From Akkermansia sp. (GTDB lineage Bacteria; Verrucomicrobiota; Verrucomicrobiia; Verrucomicrobiales; Akkermansiaceae): a stretch of 64,000 nt of DNA. The notes beneath the pieces are model-generated. The model was given only the letters and a program-made list of their open reading frames with translations. It was not told the origin of the DNA and did not search any database. The DNA is taken from the NCBI GenBank assembly GCA_045646325.1, contig JAZRKM010000046.1, forward strand, positions 29,405 to 93,404. The letters run 5' to 3'. The position numbers and the translations under genes are program-made. Of this stretch, positions 55,953-64,000 are shown piece by piece. Positions within the stretch are counted from its first letter, which is position 1. Each line of letters starts with the position of its first letter.

Positions 55953-56744
55953 TTACTTCACTCTCTTGTAGCTGAGCACCTGCGCGTCTTTCATATCAAC
56001 GACATAAGGGGTAGCATGTTTGAACCAGGCCCCTGTGTTGAGAATGTGGCGGTGGCGGAGTCGCCAGTTACCGAAGCGGTGGAAGTGGCCGAGCACTACG
56101 GTTTGAGCGTCAGGGAAATACCGGCGGGCAAAGCGCTCCGTACGGCGGGCGCAGGTAAGCCAGCTCCACACGATGTTGAAGGGCCGCTGCGGGGGCCAGA
56201 AACAGTGCATGAACCCGCGAAGGTATTTGTTGCGTATGCCTTCACGTCGCAGTATGGGGGTGGTGAGTTGGCACATGTCGCGGGAGAGCTCCAGGCGGTC
56301 GTGCAGTAGGTGGTCGCGGTGTCTGTACTCGGCGATGAGGGCCCGGCATTTCTCTTTGTTACGCAGGTATTCCCAGCTCCATGGGGCTACCTCGCGGTAA
56401 AGAGCATGACCGTGCATGGCAACCACGCGCCCACCCCAGAACCGCACCAACAGCGGTTCGACGTCAGGGTCATGATTGCCGGAGATTTCAACCAGTTGCA
56501 CCCCGCGGCTGCGGCATTCCGCGCGCAGTTCATCGCGCAGGCGTTTGCCCTCTGCCTGCCAGGGGCAGTTACGTGTCTCGGCCAGGTCGCCTACCACCAC
56601 CAGCATTCCCACCCCATCTTGCAGGAGCAGCTCTGCCAGTTCGGCAGGGGGAGGGGCCTCGCAGCGTTCATGTCCGTAGTGCAGGTCGGAAATGAAGCGC
56701 ACGAGCATGCCGGGCGGCGGCTCAACGGTCTCGATGGTGGGCAT
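55953..56744 (-). CDS. Calcineurin-like metallophosphoesterase (LpxH-like)
   Basis: ISDLHYG, VGDL, GNHD, MHGH, GHFH, NTGAW motifs. Confidence 0.85.
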   Translation of the reverse strand: MPTIETVEPPPGMLVRFISDLHYGHERCEAPPPAELAELLLQDGVGMLVVVGDLAETRNCPWQAEGKRLRDELRAECRSRGVQLVEISGNHDPDVEPLLVRFWGGRVVAMHGHALYREVAPWSWEYLRNKEKCRALIAEYRHRDHLLHDRLELSRDMCQLTTPILRREGIRNKYLRGFMHCFWPPQRPFNIVWSWLTCARRTERFARRYFPDAQTVVLGHFHRFGNWRLRHRHILNTGAWFKHATPYVVDMKDAQVLSYKRVK

Positions 56745-56750
56745 GCGGGC

Positions 56751-57371
56751 TTATGGCTGAATGTTGCGCTGGCGCACGGCCTCATACAGGCACACGCCGG
56801 TGGCGACGGATACGTTCAGGCAGGGCACGCTGCCATACATGGGAATTCGGATGAGAAAGTCGCAGTTTTCTTCCGTCAGGCGGCGCATGCCGTCGCCTTC
56901 AGCCCCCATGACCAGAGCAATACCGCCCTTGAAGTCCATGTCGTATAGGTCGCGGTCGCCGTGGTCGGAGGTGCCCACAAACCAGATTCCGGCCTCTTTC
57001 ATGGCCTTCATGGTGCGTGCCAGGTTGGTCACTTGCACGAAGGGAACTTTTTCCGCAGCGCCGACCGATACTCGCAGCACGGTTTCCGTGATACCGACGG
57101 ATTTATCTTTCGGGGTGATGACGGCCGCTACACCGGCGCCGTCTGCCGTACGGAGAATGGCCCCGAGGTTGTGGGGGTCCTGCACGCAGTCGAGCACCAG
57201 GTAGAGCCCCCGGGGTTGGGCTTCGAGTATATCTTGCAGCGCGCCCTCATCGAGCGGCTTCACCACGGTACGGGTGGGGGGCTTGTCGAAGCGGGTAGGC
57301 TGCTGGCGTGACTCGGGGCGCGTGGTGTGTTTATTGGCGCGGGCGGTGTGTTCGTTGAATTTCTTTGCCAT
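56751..57371 (-). CDS. rlmB: TrmH/SpoU-family RNA methyltransferase, RlmB-like, N-terminally short
   Basis: [42 protein letters not shown]. Confidence 0.82.
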   Translation of the reverse strand: MAKKFNEHTARANKHTTRPESRQQPTRFDKPPTRTVVKPLDEGALQDILEAQPRGLYLVLDCVQDPHNLGAILRTADGAGVAAVITPKDKSVGITETVLRVSVGAAEKVPFVQVTNLARTMKAMKEAGIWFVGTSDHGDRDLYDMDFKGGIALVMGAEGDGMRRLTEENCDFLIRIPMYGSVPCLNVSVATGVCLYEAVRQRNIQP

Positions 57372-57388
57372 GTGGGGAATAAAGTATA

Positions 57389-59407
57389 TCAGAGTTTCTG
57401 GAGTCGAGTTTTCCCGCAGTGTCTGAGCACATAGGGTTTACCGTCATGCATGCCGGGGTATTTATCATCGAATTTGACGGTATTGTTGCGGAAGATGATA
57501 CCATCTGCCGAGATAGCAAAGAGCAGGGGAACCCGGTGGGTGAGGAAGGTGTTACCCTCTATTCGGATGTTGCGGTGGTAGCGGGTTTGCTGCTTGTCGG
57601 GTTGCTTGACTTCGGGATAGATGGAGATGATACCCTCCGTAAACTGGTAACGTGCGGTGAGGTTGTGGTCGAACAGGTTGTTGGTGATGGTCACATCAAG
57701 ACAGCGCCCGCTTTCAAACCAGCCTTGGGCATCGCCGGCCAGCAGGATGGCCGAGCCGTGCGAGGCGACAAACTTGCAGTCCTTTACCAGCACCGGTTTC
57801 GGCGTGGTGAAGAGTGAGCCGCGCGCGCGATTGTGGCGCACCGTGCAGCCGATGAAGTTTACCGCCGGGTACCAGTCGGCGTTTTCAATGGCATCTCCCT
57901 CGCTCACGCCCTTGGGCAGGTCTGCTGAGAGCTGCAGGTGCAGGTGGGTTTCATCCGTTTTGCGTACGCTTGCCACCTTGCCGAGCTTCGGCAGGTTTTC
58001 CAGAGTGGGGCCTTTGATGAACTGCACGCTTTCCCCGGGGGTGAATACCTCGAACCCCACGGCCTGACCGTGCATGTAGCGCGCGATGATTTCACGCTTA
58101 CCGATGATTTTTTCGATTTGCAGACAGGTGGAGTGCACGTTGATGGCATCGTCCATCATACCCTCATAGAGGGCATTTTTCACGGTGATGGTGCCGGCAC
58201 AGTTCGAGAAGTGGGCTGCATCTGCTGAGACGGTGTACACACGCCCCGGGGCGCGCACGCAACCGCCGCCGTCGATGGTGATGTCGCGGCTGCGCTGCGC
58301 TACCAGCGCCATGCCCTGGCTGTCTTGGAAGACAACGTTGTTGAGCGTAACTCCATTGGCTCGGTAGAGCACCATGGCGGGGTGGGGGCGGCCGTAGTGG
58401 CGCTGCACGAGAATGTGCCCCTCGCTCAGCCCGTGAGCCGCAGCATCGGTGAAGAATTTCACCCGATTGGGGGCAACCTGTTGGCAGCGTGCGGGCCAGA
58501 CGATGTCACCTCCGCGGCCGGTGGGAACCATCTGCCCATCTTGCTGGAAGGCGAGCACGGCACTGGGGGCTTGCGGTTCTCCGTCGCCCATCAGGTAGTA
58601 GCGGCCATCTTTCACCTGCCAGCGGAACTGTGGTGCGTATTCCAGGGTGGTGGTGCCGTCTTTGATTTCCACGATTTTACCCTCGTTGTAGTAGGGGGCG
58701 TCGTGACGGATGGTGATGTTTTCAATCGTGACGTTCTCGCTGTCCATCAGCAGGAAGGGCTGCATGCGGCCATGGAAGACGAACGTGGCCCCATTGCCCT
58801 CGATTTTGAGGTTTTTCTGCCCGACGATGGGTATACCCACGGGCTGAATGTTCTGCTGATCGTGGTTGGAGATGTAGTAGCTCATCTGCAGAGCACCCTC
58901 CGGGTAGAAATGATATTCACCGGGAGCGATTCGCAGGGTGTTGTACTTTGTCCGGAGGGTGGCGAGGCGGTTGAGTTTCTCTCGCAGTGCCGGGCCGGCA
59001 TCCGCACCGGGGGCCGACAGGTCTTTCGGGGACAGCCCCATTATGACGTGTTTGGGAATGGCATTCTTCTGCGCGGGTTCGGCGGGTTCTTTCCAGTTGA
59101 GGTCTTGCCAGTCTGTGTTGTTGGCTGTGCTGCTGACCAGGTGGGCATATCGGGAGTGCACCTGCACCTCAAACGCTTGACCGGCGCTGCCTTCCCACAG
59201 CACTTTTGCGCCGTTGAGTATGCGGAAGGGGGCTCCGGGGCCTTCCGGTGCTCGGCCGGTGAGCACGCGTTTGGTTCCCTTGCGGGGCAGCACCAGCATG
59301 CGGCGCCCGGAGGTCAGGTTTACCATGGGGTTCCCTGTCACATCCGCCGGGGCAGCCGTGGTGGGTATAGGCGTGAGCATCAGAGCAAATAATAGAAGCC
59401 TGCGCAT
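57389..59407 (-). CDS. GH110 alpha-1,3-galactosidase (beta-helix), exported
   Basis: Signal peptide; [55 protein letters not shown]. Confidence 0.88.
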   Translation of the reverse strand: MRRLLLFALMLTPIPTTAAPADVTGNPMVNLTSGRRMLVLPRKGTKRVLTGRAPEGPGAPFRILNGAKVLWEGSAGQAFEVQVHSRYAHLVSSTANNTDWQDLNWKEPAEPAQKNAIPKHVIMGLSPKDLSAPGADAGPALREKLNRLATLRTKYNTLRIAPGEYHFYPEGALQMSYYISNHDQQNIQPVGIPIVGQKNLKIEGNGATFVFHGRMQPFLLMDSENVTIENITIRHDAPYYNEGKIVEIKDGTTTLEYAPQFRWQVKDGRYYLMGDGEPQAPSAVLAFQQDGQMVPTGRGGDIVWPARCQQVAPNRVKFFTDAAAHGLSEGHILVQRHYGRPHPAMVLYRANGVTLNNVVFQDSQGMALVAQRSRDITIDGGGCVRAPGRVYTVSADAAHFSNCAGTITVKNALYEGMMDDAINVHSTCLQIEKIIGKREIIARYMHGQAVGFEVFTPGESVQFIKGPTLENLPKLGKVASVRKTDETHLHLQLSADLPKGVSEGDAIENADWYPAVNFIGCTVRHNRARGSLFTTPKPVLVKDCKFVASHGSAILLAGDAQGWFESGRCLDVTITNNLFDHNLTARYQFTEGIISIYPEVKQPDKQQTRYHRNIRIEGNTFLTHRVPLLFAISADGIIFRNNTVKFDDKYPGMHDGKPYVLRHCGKTRLQKL

Positions 59408-59408
59408 G

Positions 59409-59897
59409 TTACTGAACGGAATTAACGAGTTTGACAAGGGCTGCGGGCAGGTTTTCCGACCCGTAGAATTCAGCCGCGGCTATGCGGTCTGCCTGTATCT
59501 GGATACGCTCATTAAGTTTGTTGATGATGGACAGGTAGCGTTTTTCGTAGGTGCTTTGCGTCTCTTCATCAAGCGGCGGAAGGGCGGCAAAACCTTGTCC
59601 CCAGGTCTGTAATTCCTTGCTCAGGCGCATGATAGTGGGTACGGCCATTTCGGCGCTGTCGCGGTCCTGCACAGTCGCCATGGTGTCGTGCAGCTGCACC
59701 AGCAACAGAATACCGGCGCGAATGCGGCTCTCTCCCGGGCTGAGTTCGGGCTCTTGGGGCGATTCCTGTGCCTGTTGTTGCACAATCGGTTGGTTCTCGG
59801 TTGTGGCAGATGTGGGGAAATCCTGTGCGCAGAGCGGAGCAGCGCAGGTGGCTGCGAACAGCAGGCCCGTGCAGCTTATTTGTCGAGCATCATACAT
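59409..59897 (-). CDS. Hypothetical exported helical protein (paralog B)
   Basis: Signal-like N-terminus; VQDRDSAE motif shared with the neighbouring gene. Confidence 0.72.
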   Translation of the reverse strand: MYDARQISCTGLLFAATCAAPLCAQDFPTSATTENQPIVQQQAQESPQEPELSPGESRIRAGILLLVQLHDTMATVQDRDSAEMAVPTIMRLSKELQTWGQGFAALPPLDEETQSTYEKRYLSIINKLNERIQIQADRIAAAEFYGSENLPAALVKLVNSVQ

Positions 59898-60280
59898 AAG
59901 GCGTGAAATTGTTTGAAAAATGCCAGGGAGTTATAGCAGCGCTGGTTTTGCAGGCGGAATATCTGCTCATAGACTTTGCCCCAGTTGTTGCGCATGTCTT
60001 TTTCGTATTTCTGGAGCAATTCGCGCTTTACTTCGGGGCTGAGAGTTTCAATGCGGGTCATCGCCGTGCGGCTGTCATAGACGCGAGGGAGCAGGGCATT
60101 GAGCTTTTCAGCTGATTGTTCGGCGCTGTCGCGGTCGGTCACCCCCTCCAGTACCGGCAGCAATTCGAGCGGCAGGGCGGTGAAATCGGCAAATGCGCGG
60201 TCTGTTTCCGCCGGTATGGCGGCCTGAACAAGACCGGGGAGAATCAGCAGTGAGGCAAGAGTCAGTGTGTTGACGTTCAT
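59876..60280 (-). CDS. Hypothetical exported helical protein (paralog A)
   Basis: Signal peptide; VTDRDSAE motif. Confidence 0.75.
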   Translation of the reverse strand: MNVNTLTLASLLILPGLVQAAIPAETDRAFADFTALPLELLPVLEGVTDRDSAEQSAEKLNALLPRVYDSRTAMTRIETLSPEVKRELLQKYEKDMRNNWGKVYEQIFRLQNQRCYNSLAFFKQFHALCMMLDK

Positions 60281-60360
60281 ATACTTGTCTGAACACAGCA
60301 CGGCCGGGCGAGTTTTGCTGCCCGGTCGTGGAGGTTAATCATATTCGTGGAAATGGCGTT

Positions 60361-61896
60361 TTACTTTTTGGGCGCTTGTTTCGCATTATCAGCTGTGGGC
60401 TCTTTCTTTTCATCAAGCTCAATGCTGCTGGCCTGAGTATCTATCTCGCGTTCTTTGGAGATTCTCTCGAGCATGTCGTCAATCTGAGCTTCTGCGGAGG
60501 ACGTAGCCTGCTCAAGAGCTGAGATTTTGCGCTCAAGGGTAGATTCGAGCGTGCGACGTTCGCGGGCGCGCTGATTGATGGTCTGCTGCAGGTCCTGGCG
60601 CTGCTCACGCAGCGGGGTCTTGTATTCCTCGGGCAGGAGCTGCTGGTTAAGTCGCAGAATCTGCTTGTAGGCCTCATCTTGGTCGAGTACGGCCTTGGCG
60701 CCTTCAAAATCGCCGTTAATCATCAGGGCGCGGGCCTGGTCATTAGCCTCCCAATACTTTGCCAACAGAGTGGGAACCGTGCCGATTTTTGGGTCCTGCA
60801 GGCCCTTTTCGTTACGGCGCAGGGCATCTTTGACCTTGGTGGTTGCGTGGCGCAGCATGACCAGGTTGCGATTGTCGGGGTTGTACCAGACTTTGGCAAT
60901 CTGCTCATTTTCAGCGGCAAATTGCTGTTCAAGTTTATCGTAGGCCTTCTGGTCACGCTCATCCATGTCGCTCTTCTTGGCCGCATTGAGCTTGCTGCGC
61001 TTGGCTGTCTCTTTCTTGAGCAGGTTGTTCCAGCGGCGAGAGAGGTCATTGAGGGTGCTCATGTACCACTTGTAGGCCTCTTTGTACTCAGGAATACCCT
61101 GATAGCGGTCGCGCAGAATCTCAAACTTGTCAAGGCCACCGACTTTGCGGGCGTTTTTGTACTGCTTCACATCAGTGAGCATGGCCTGGTAGGCTGCCTG
61201 CCCATCACGTTCGTACTTGGTACGATCGTCAGAGCTAACGTGGGTGAACTGGTAGTCTGCACCCTTGATGGTGTTGTATTTTGTCTGCAACTCCGCGACC
61301 TCGATGGCCATCTTATCAAGCCTGGCCAGCTGGCCGGTCAGGGTGCGCTTGCGATTTTCGCAGAGGCTTGTCAGGGAGCGAGAGGGCTTGGTGAGCTCAG
61401 CCAGGCCGCTGTCCACTCGTGCCAGTTTCTCGCGCAGGCGCAGGGTGATGTCTTTCACCTTGGCGGCCTCCTCATCACTGACGGCAGGGGCGTCAGGCGC
61501 TTCCTCCGTTTTTTCTGCATCGGCAGCCGGGGTGGCTGCGGCGTCGCCTTCAGCGGGGGCGGCATCTCCGGCCGGGGCGGCGGGCTCGGTTGCAGTGTCA
61601 GTGGGTGTTTCGGTCGGTTCTACTGCCGGTTCCGGGGTGGGTTCCGGGGTGGGGTTTTCTTCCTTGGGCGCTGCAGATTCGCGTTTGTCGAGAATGCTGG
61701 AGCTCTTTACCTCCATTGTTACGGAATTCCCCTTACGGTCGCGACCGGTGAATTTGGTTACACCGCCGGCTTCATAAAGAATTCGGCACTGGGTATAGCG
61801 TTTGGCGTTGGAAAGCGTGATATCATACAAATCGGCAGCCTGCAGCAGCGAGGCGCCGCAGGTCAGCAGGGCAAGAAGGAATAGAGGGCGTTTCAT
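60361..61896 (-). CDS. Hypothetical exported coiled-coil protein
   Basis: Signal peptide, small N-terminal domain, Pro/Glu/Ala linker (PTPE repeats), long helical region. Confidence 0.8.
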   Translation of the reverse strand: MKRPLFLLALLTCGASLLQAADLYDITLSNAKRYTQCRILYEAGGVTKFTGRDRKGNSVTMEVKSSSILDKRESAAPKEENPTPEPTPEPAVEPTETPTDTATEPAAPAGDAAPAEGDAAATPAADAEKTEEAPDAPAVSDEEAAKVKDITLRLREKLARVDSGLAELTKPSRSLTSLCENRKRTLTGQLARLDKMAIEVAELQTKYNTIKGADYQFTHVSSDDRTKYERDGQAAYQAMLTDVKQYKNARKVGGLDKFEILRDRYQGIPEYKEAYKWYMSTLNDLSRRWNNLLKKETAKRSKLNAAKKSDMDERDQKAYDKLEQQFAAENEQIAKVWYNPDNRNLVMLRHATTKVKDALRRNEKGLQDPKIGTVPTLLAKYWEANDQARALMINGDFEGAKAVLDQDEAYKQILRLNQQLLPEEYKTPLREQRQDLQQTINQRARERRTLESTLERKISALEQATSSAEAQIDDMLERISKEREIDTQASSIELDEKKEPTADNAKQAPKK

Positions 61897-62004
61897 GATG
61901 ATGTGATATGATAAAAATGAATGGAAAATCTTACGTTGCGTGCATAGTAGCATATTCGTGCGGACAATGCAAACAACAAATGCACGACATGGCAGAAAAT
62001 CGTG

Positions 62005-63663
62005 TTATGCCTCGCCGCGCAGCAGGCTGCAGGCGTGCGCTCTTGCGGTTTCACCCCCTGTACCGAGCATTCGCATGAGTTCCTGCACACGCGGTTCATC
62101 ATCTATTTTACTCAGGCGTGATACGGTGCGCTCGCCGCTCTGTTGTTTGCTGATGAGGTAGTGGTGGTTGGCAAGGGCTGCTACCTGCGGGAAGTGGGTG
62201 ATGGATATTACCTGGTGGTCGCTGCCCAACTCGCGCATTTTCATGCCGACCGCGCGGGCGATTTCGCCGCCTACGTTGGCATCTATTTCGTCGAATACGA
62301 GCAACGGCGTGTCGTCTCGGCTCGCCAAAGCGCTCTTGAGCGCCAGCATCACACGCGCAAGCTCGCCGCTGGAGGCAATGAGCCGCAGCGCTTTGAGCGG
62401 TTCGCCGGGGTTGGGGCCGAAAAGGAAATCCGTTTCTTCTGCTCCGTTGGGGCCGGGCTCAGGCTGGGGATTCAGGCTGACTTCGAAGAGGGACTGCCGG
62501 AATCCCAGCTGACGGGCGTGATGCAGGAATTGCTCTGCCAGTTGCGGGGCTGCCTTGCGGCGCGTGTTGCTGAGTGCGGCCGCGGCAATCTTGAGTTCAG
62601 CGTATTTCCGGCGTTCGGTTTCAGCGAGTGCGCTGAGCATTTCCTCACGGTTATCGATGGAGGCCAGTCGGTTGCGGCAGTTTTCGAGGTGCTGTTGTAT
62701 GGCTTCGAAGTCTGCGCCATACTTGCGCTTGAGTGAATCGAGGGTGCTGATTCGCTCTTCCAGTCTGGCGAGTTCAGCTGGGTCGCCGCAGAGGGTGTCG
62801 GCGTAGTCCTGCAGGTTCGCGGCTACGTCTTCGAGCTCTTCCACGATACCGGGCAGGGGGGCAAGCCAGTCGGCGCAGGCGGCATCCAACCGCTCCAGCT
62901 CACGCGCCTGACGAACCAGCTGCCGCAGGCGGGAGAGCACGGAATCATCCCCTCCGTCTATTGATTGAGCCATCGGCATAGCCGTGTCGCGCAGGCGGCC
63001 GGCATTGCGTGCGCGCTGCCAGTTGGCTTCGAGCTCAGCGGCTTCTTCGGCGGTGAAAGCGGCGCTCTCTATTTCCTGAACCTGGTGACGCAGGAAATCC
63101 AGCTCGCGTTCATTGGCCATTTCGCTCTCCATGAGTCGGCGGTATTCGCTGCGGGCTTCAACCCAGGCACGATAGGCGGCCCGGTAATCCGCGAGGGTGG
63201 TTTCATTTTCGGCGAAGGCATCGAGCAGCTCCAACTGGCGTTCCTGCGAGGTGAGGGAGCGGTGGGCCTCCGGGTGGTGCATATCGACCAGGCCGGCGCC
63301 GACCTTGCGCAGCAGGCTGAGGGTGGCGGGGCTGCTGTTGATGAACTGGCGGTTCCCGGTGGCGGTAATCACTCTGCGGATGAGCAGGGTTCCCTCTTCG
63401 CAGGGCGGTATACCGGCCTCGGCCAGCAGGCTGTCGATGTAGTCCGGCCGGCTCAGGTGGAATACGGCCTCAATGCTGCATTGACTTTCGCCGCTGCGTA
63501 TGCGCCCCTTGTCGGCGCGCTCACCCATGACCAGCGATATACCGCCCATGATGACGGATTTACCGGCTCCGGTCTCGCCGGTAATGGCAAGAAAGCCGTT
63601 TTCGGGTTCCCAGACAAGTTCATCGACCAGTGCGAGGTTGCGTATCTTTAACAGTGAGAGCAT
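62005..63663 (-). CDS. recN: DNA repair protein RecN
   Basis: ITGETGAGKS, RQFIN, IASSGELARVMLALK, VFDEIDANVGG, ITHFPQVAA. Confidence 0.97.
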   Translation of the reverse strand: MLSLLKIRNLALVDELVWEPENGFLAITGETGAGKSVIMGGISLVMGERADKGRIRSGESQCSIEAVFHLSRPDYIDSLLAEAGIPPCEEGTLLIRRVITATGNRQFINSSPATLSLLRKVGAGLVDMHHPEAHRSLTSQERQLELLDAFAENETTLADYRAAYRAWVEARSEYRRLMESEMANERELDFLRHQVQEIESAAFTAEEAAELEANWQRARNAGRLRDTAMPMAQSIDGGDDSVLSRLRQLVRQARELERLDAACADWLAPLPGIVEELEDVAANLQDYADTLCGDPAELARLEERISTLDSLKRKYGADFEAIQQHLENCRNRLASIDNREEMLSALAETERRKYAELKIAAAALSNTRRKAAPQLAEQFLHHARQLGFRQSLFEVSLNPQPEPGPNGAEETDFLFGPNPGEPLKALRLIASSGELARVMLALKSALASRDDTPLLVFDEIDANVGGEIARAVGMKMRELGSDHQVISITHFPQVAALANHHYLISKQQSGERTVSRLSKIDDEPRVQELMRMLGTGGETARAHACSLLRGEA

Positions 63664-63728
63664 ATTTTGCTTTGCGTTGCGCGCATATTATGGCATAATG
63701 CGGTAGCGAATTAAATAAAAATCTGACG

Positions 63729-64000
63729 ATGAAAGTACTTTTTCTTGGCAGCGGCACATCAACCGGGGTTCCTGTAATCGGTTGTCAGTGTGATGTGTGC
63801 CGCTCTGATGACCCGCGCAACAAGCGCTTACGCTCTTCAGTGCTCGTGCAGACGGCCGCCACCAGCCTGCTGGTGGATTCTTGCCCCGACCTGCGCCAGC
63901 AGGCCCTGCGACACAACCTTACTGCCATAGATGCCGTCATTTACACCCATGAGCACCTGGACCACACGACCGGTTTCGATGACATGCGCGCCTTTTGCTG
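63729..64000 (+). CDS. MBL-fold metallo-hydrolase (PhnP/YycJ-like), 3' end runs off the window
   Basis: Manual translation MKVLFLGSGTSTGVPVIGCQCDVC...RLRSS...DLRQQ...THEHLDHTTG (HxHxDH). Confidence 0.92.
   Translation, partial: MKVLFLGSGTSTGVPVIGCQCDVCRSDDPRNKRLRSSVLVQTAATSLLVDSCPDLRQQALRHNLTAIDAVIYTHEHLDHTTGFDDMRAFC

Noticed and set aside
1-64000. Mobile elements, prophage, defence systems, tRNA or rRNA
   Set aside because: I saw no integrase, transposase, phage, restriction-modification or cas motifs, and no tRNA T-loop or rRNA signatures on either strand. This was a visual scan only; tRNAscan-SE and DefenseFinder would confirm.

Overview
Ordinary, gene-dense core chromosome of a high-GC Verrucomicrobium, most likely Akkermansiaceae. 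This is inferred from the RpiB-GlyA fusion, GH110, the GH57/GT4 pair, a prepilin-type gene and many lineage-type hypothetical proteins. I found no phage, IS, integrase, CRISPR array, rRNA or tRNA. Contents: aroG (partial), a pilin-like gene, a Zn/Mn ABC operon, a patatin fusion, FKBP, two L,D-transpeptidase-family genes, a U32/RlhA protein, NhaC, cysS-queF-queC, lepA, GT4-GH57, a PUR protein, corA-argB-nadK, a YlbF-like gene, an ABCG-type operon, gluQ, kdtA/rsmD/lpxK, a PAS-PAS-PP2C, a six-gene MoxR/vWA/BatA/DUF4159 operon, rppH-tsaA, rpiB-glyA, rlmB, a GH110 alpha-galactosidase, recN and a partial MBL hydrolase. Best candidates for novelty: (1) a 50-aa His-rich lipoprotein missed by the ORF track, with a Fur-like box over its promoter and a divergent candidate hairpin sRNA; (2) a YlbF/RicF-like protein with a 60-aa metallothionein-like Cys/His tail; (3) the MoxR-vWA envelope operon; (4) widespread sigma70-type promoters ending 7-11 nt before start codons (leaderless-type mRNAs); (5) two enzymes with substituted catalytic nucleophiles. 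All family calls come from motif recognition by eye; no database searches were run.
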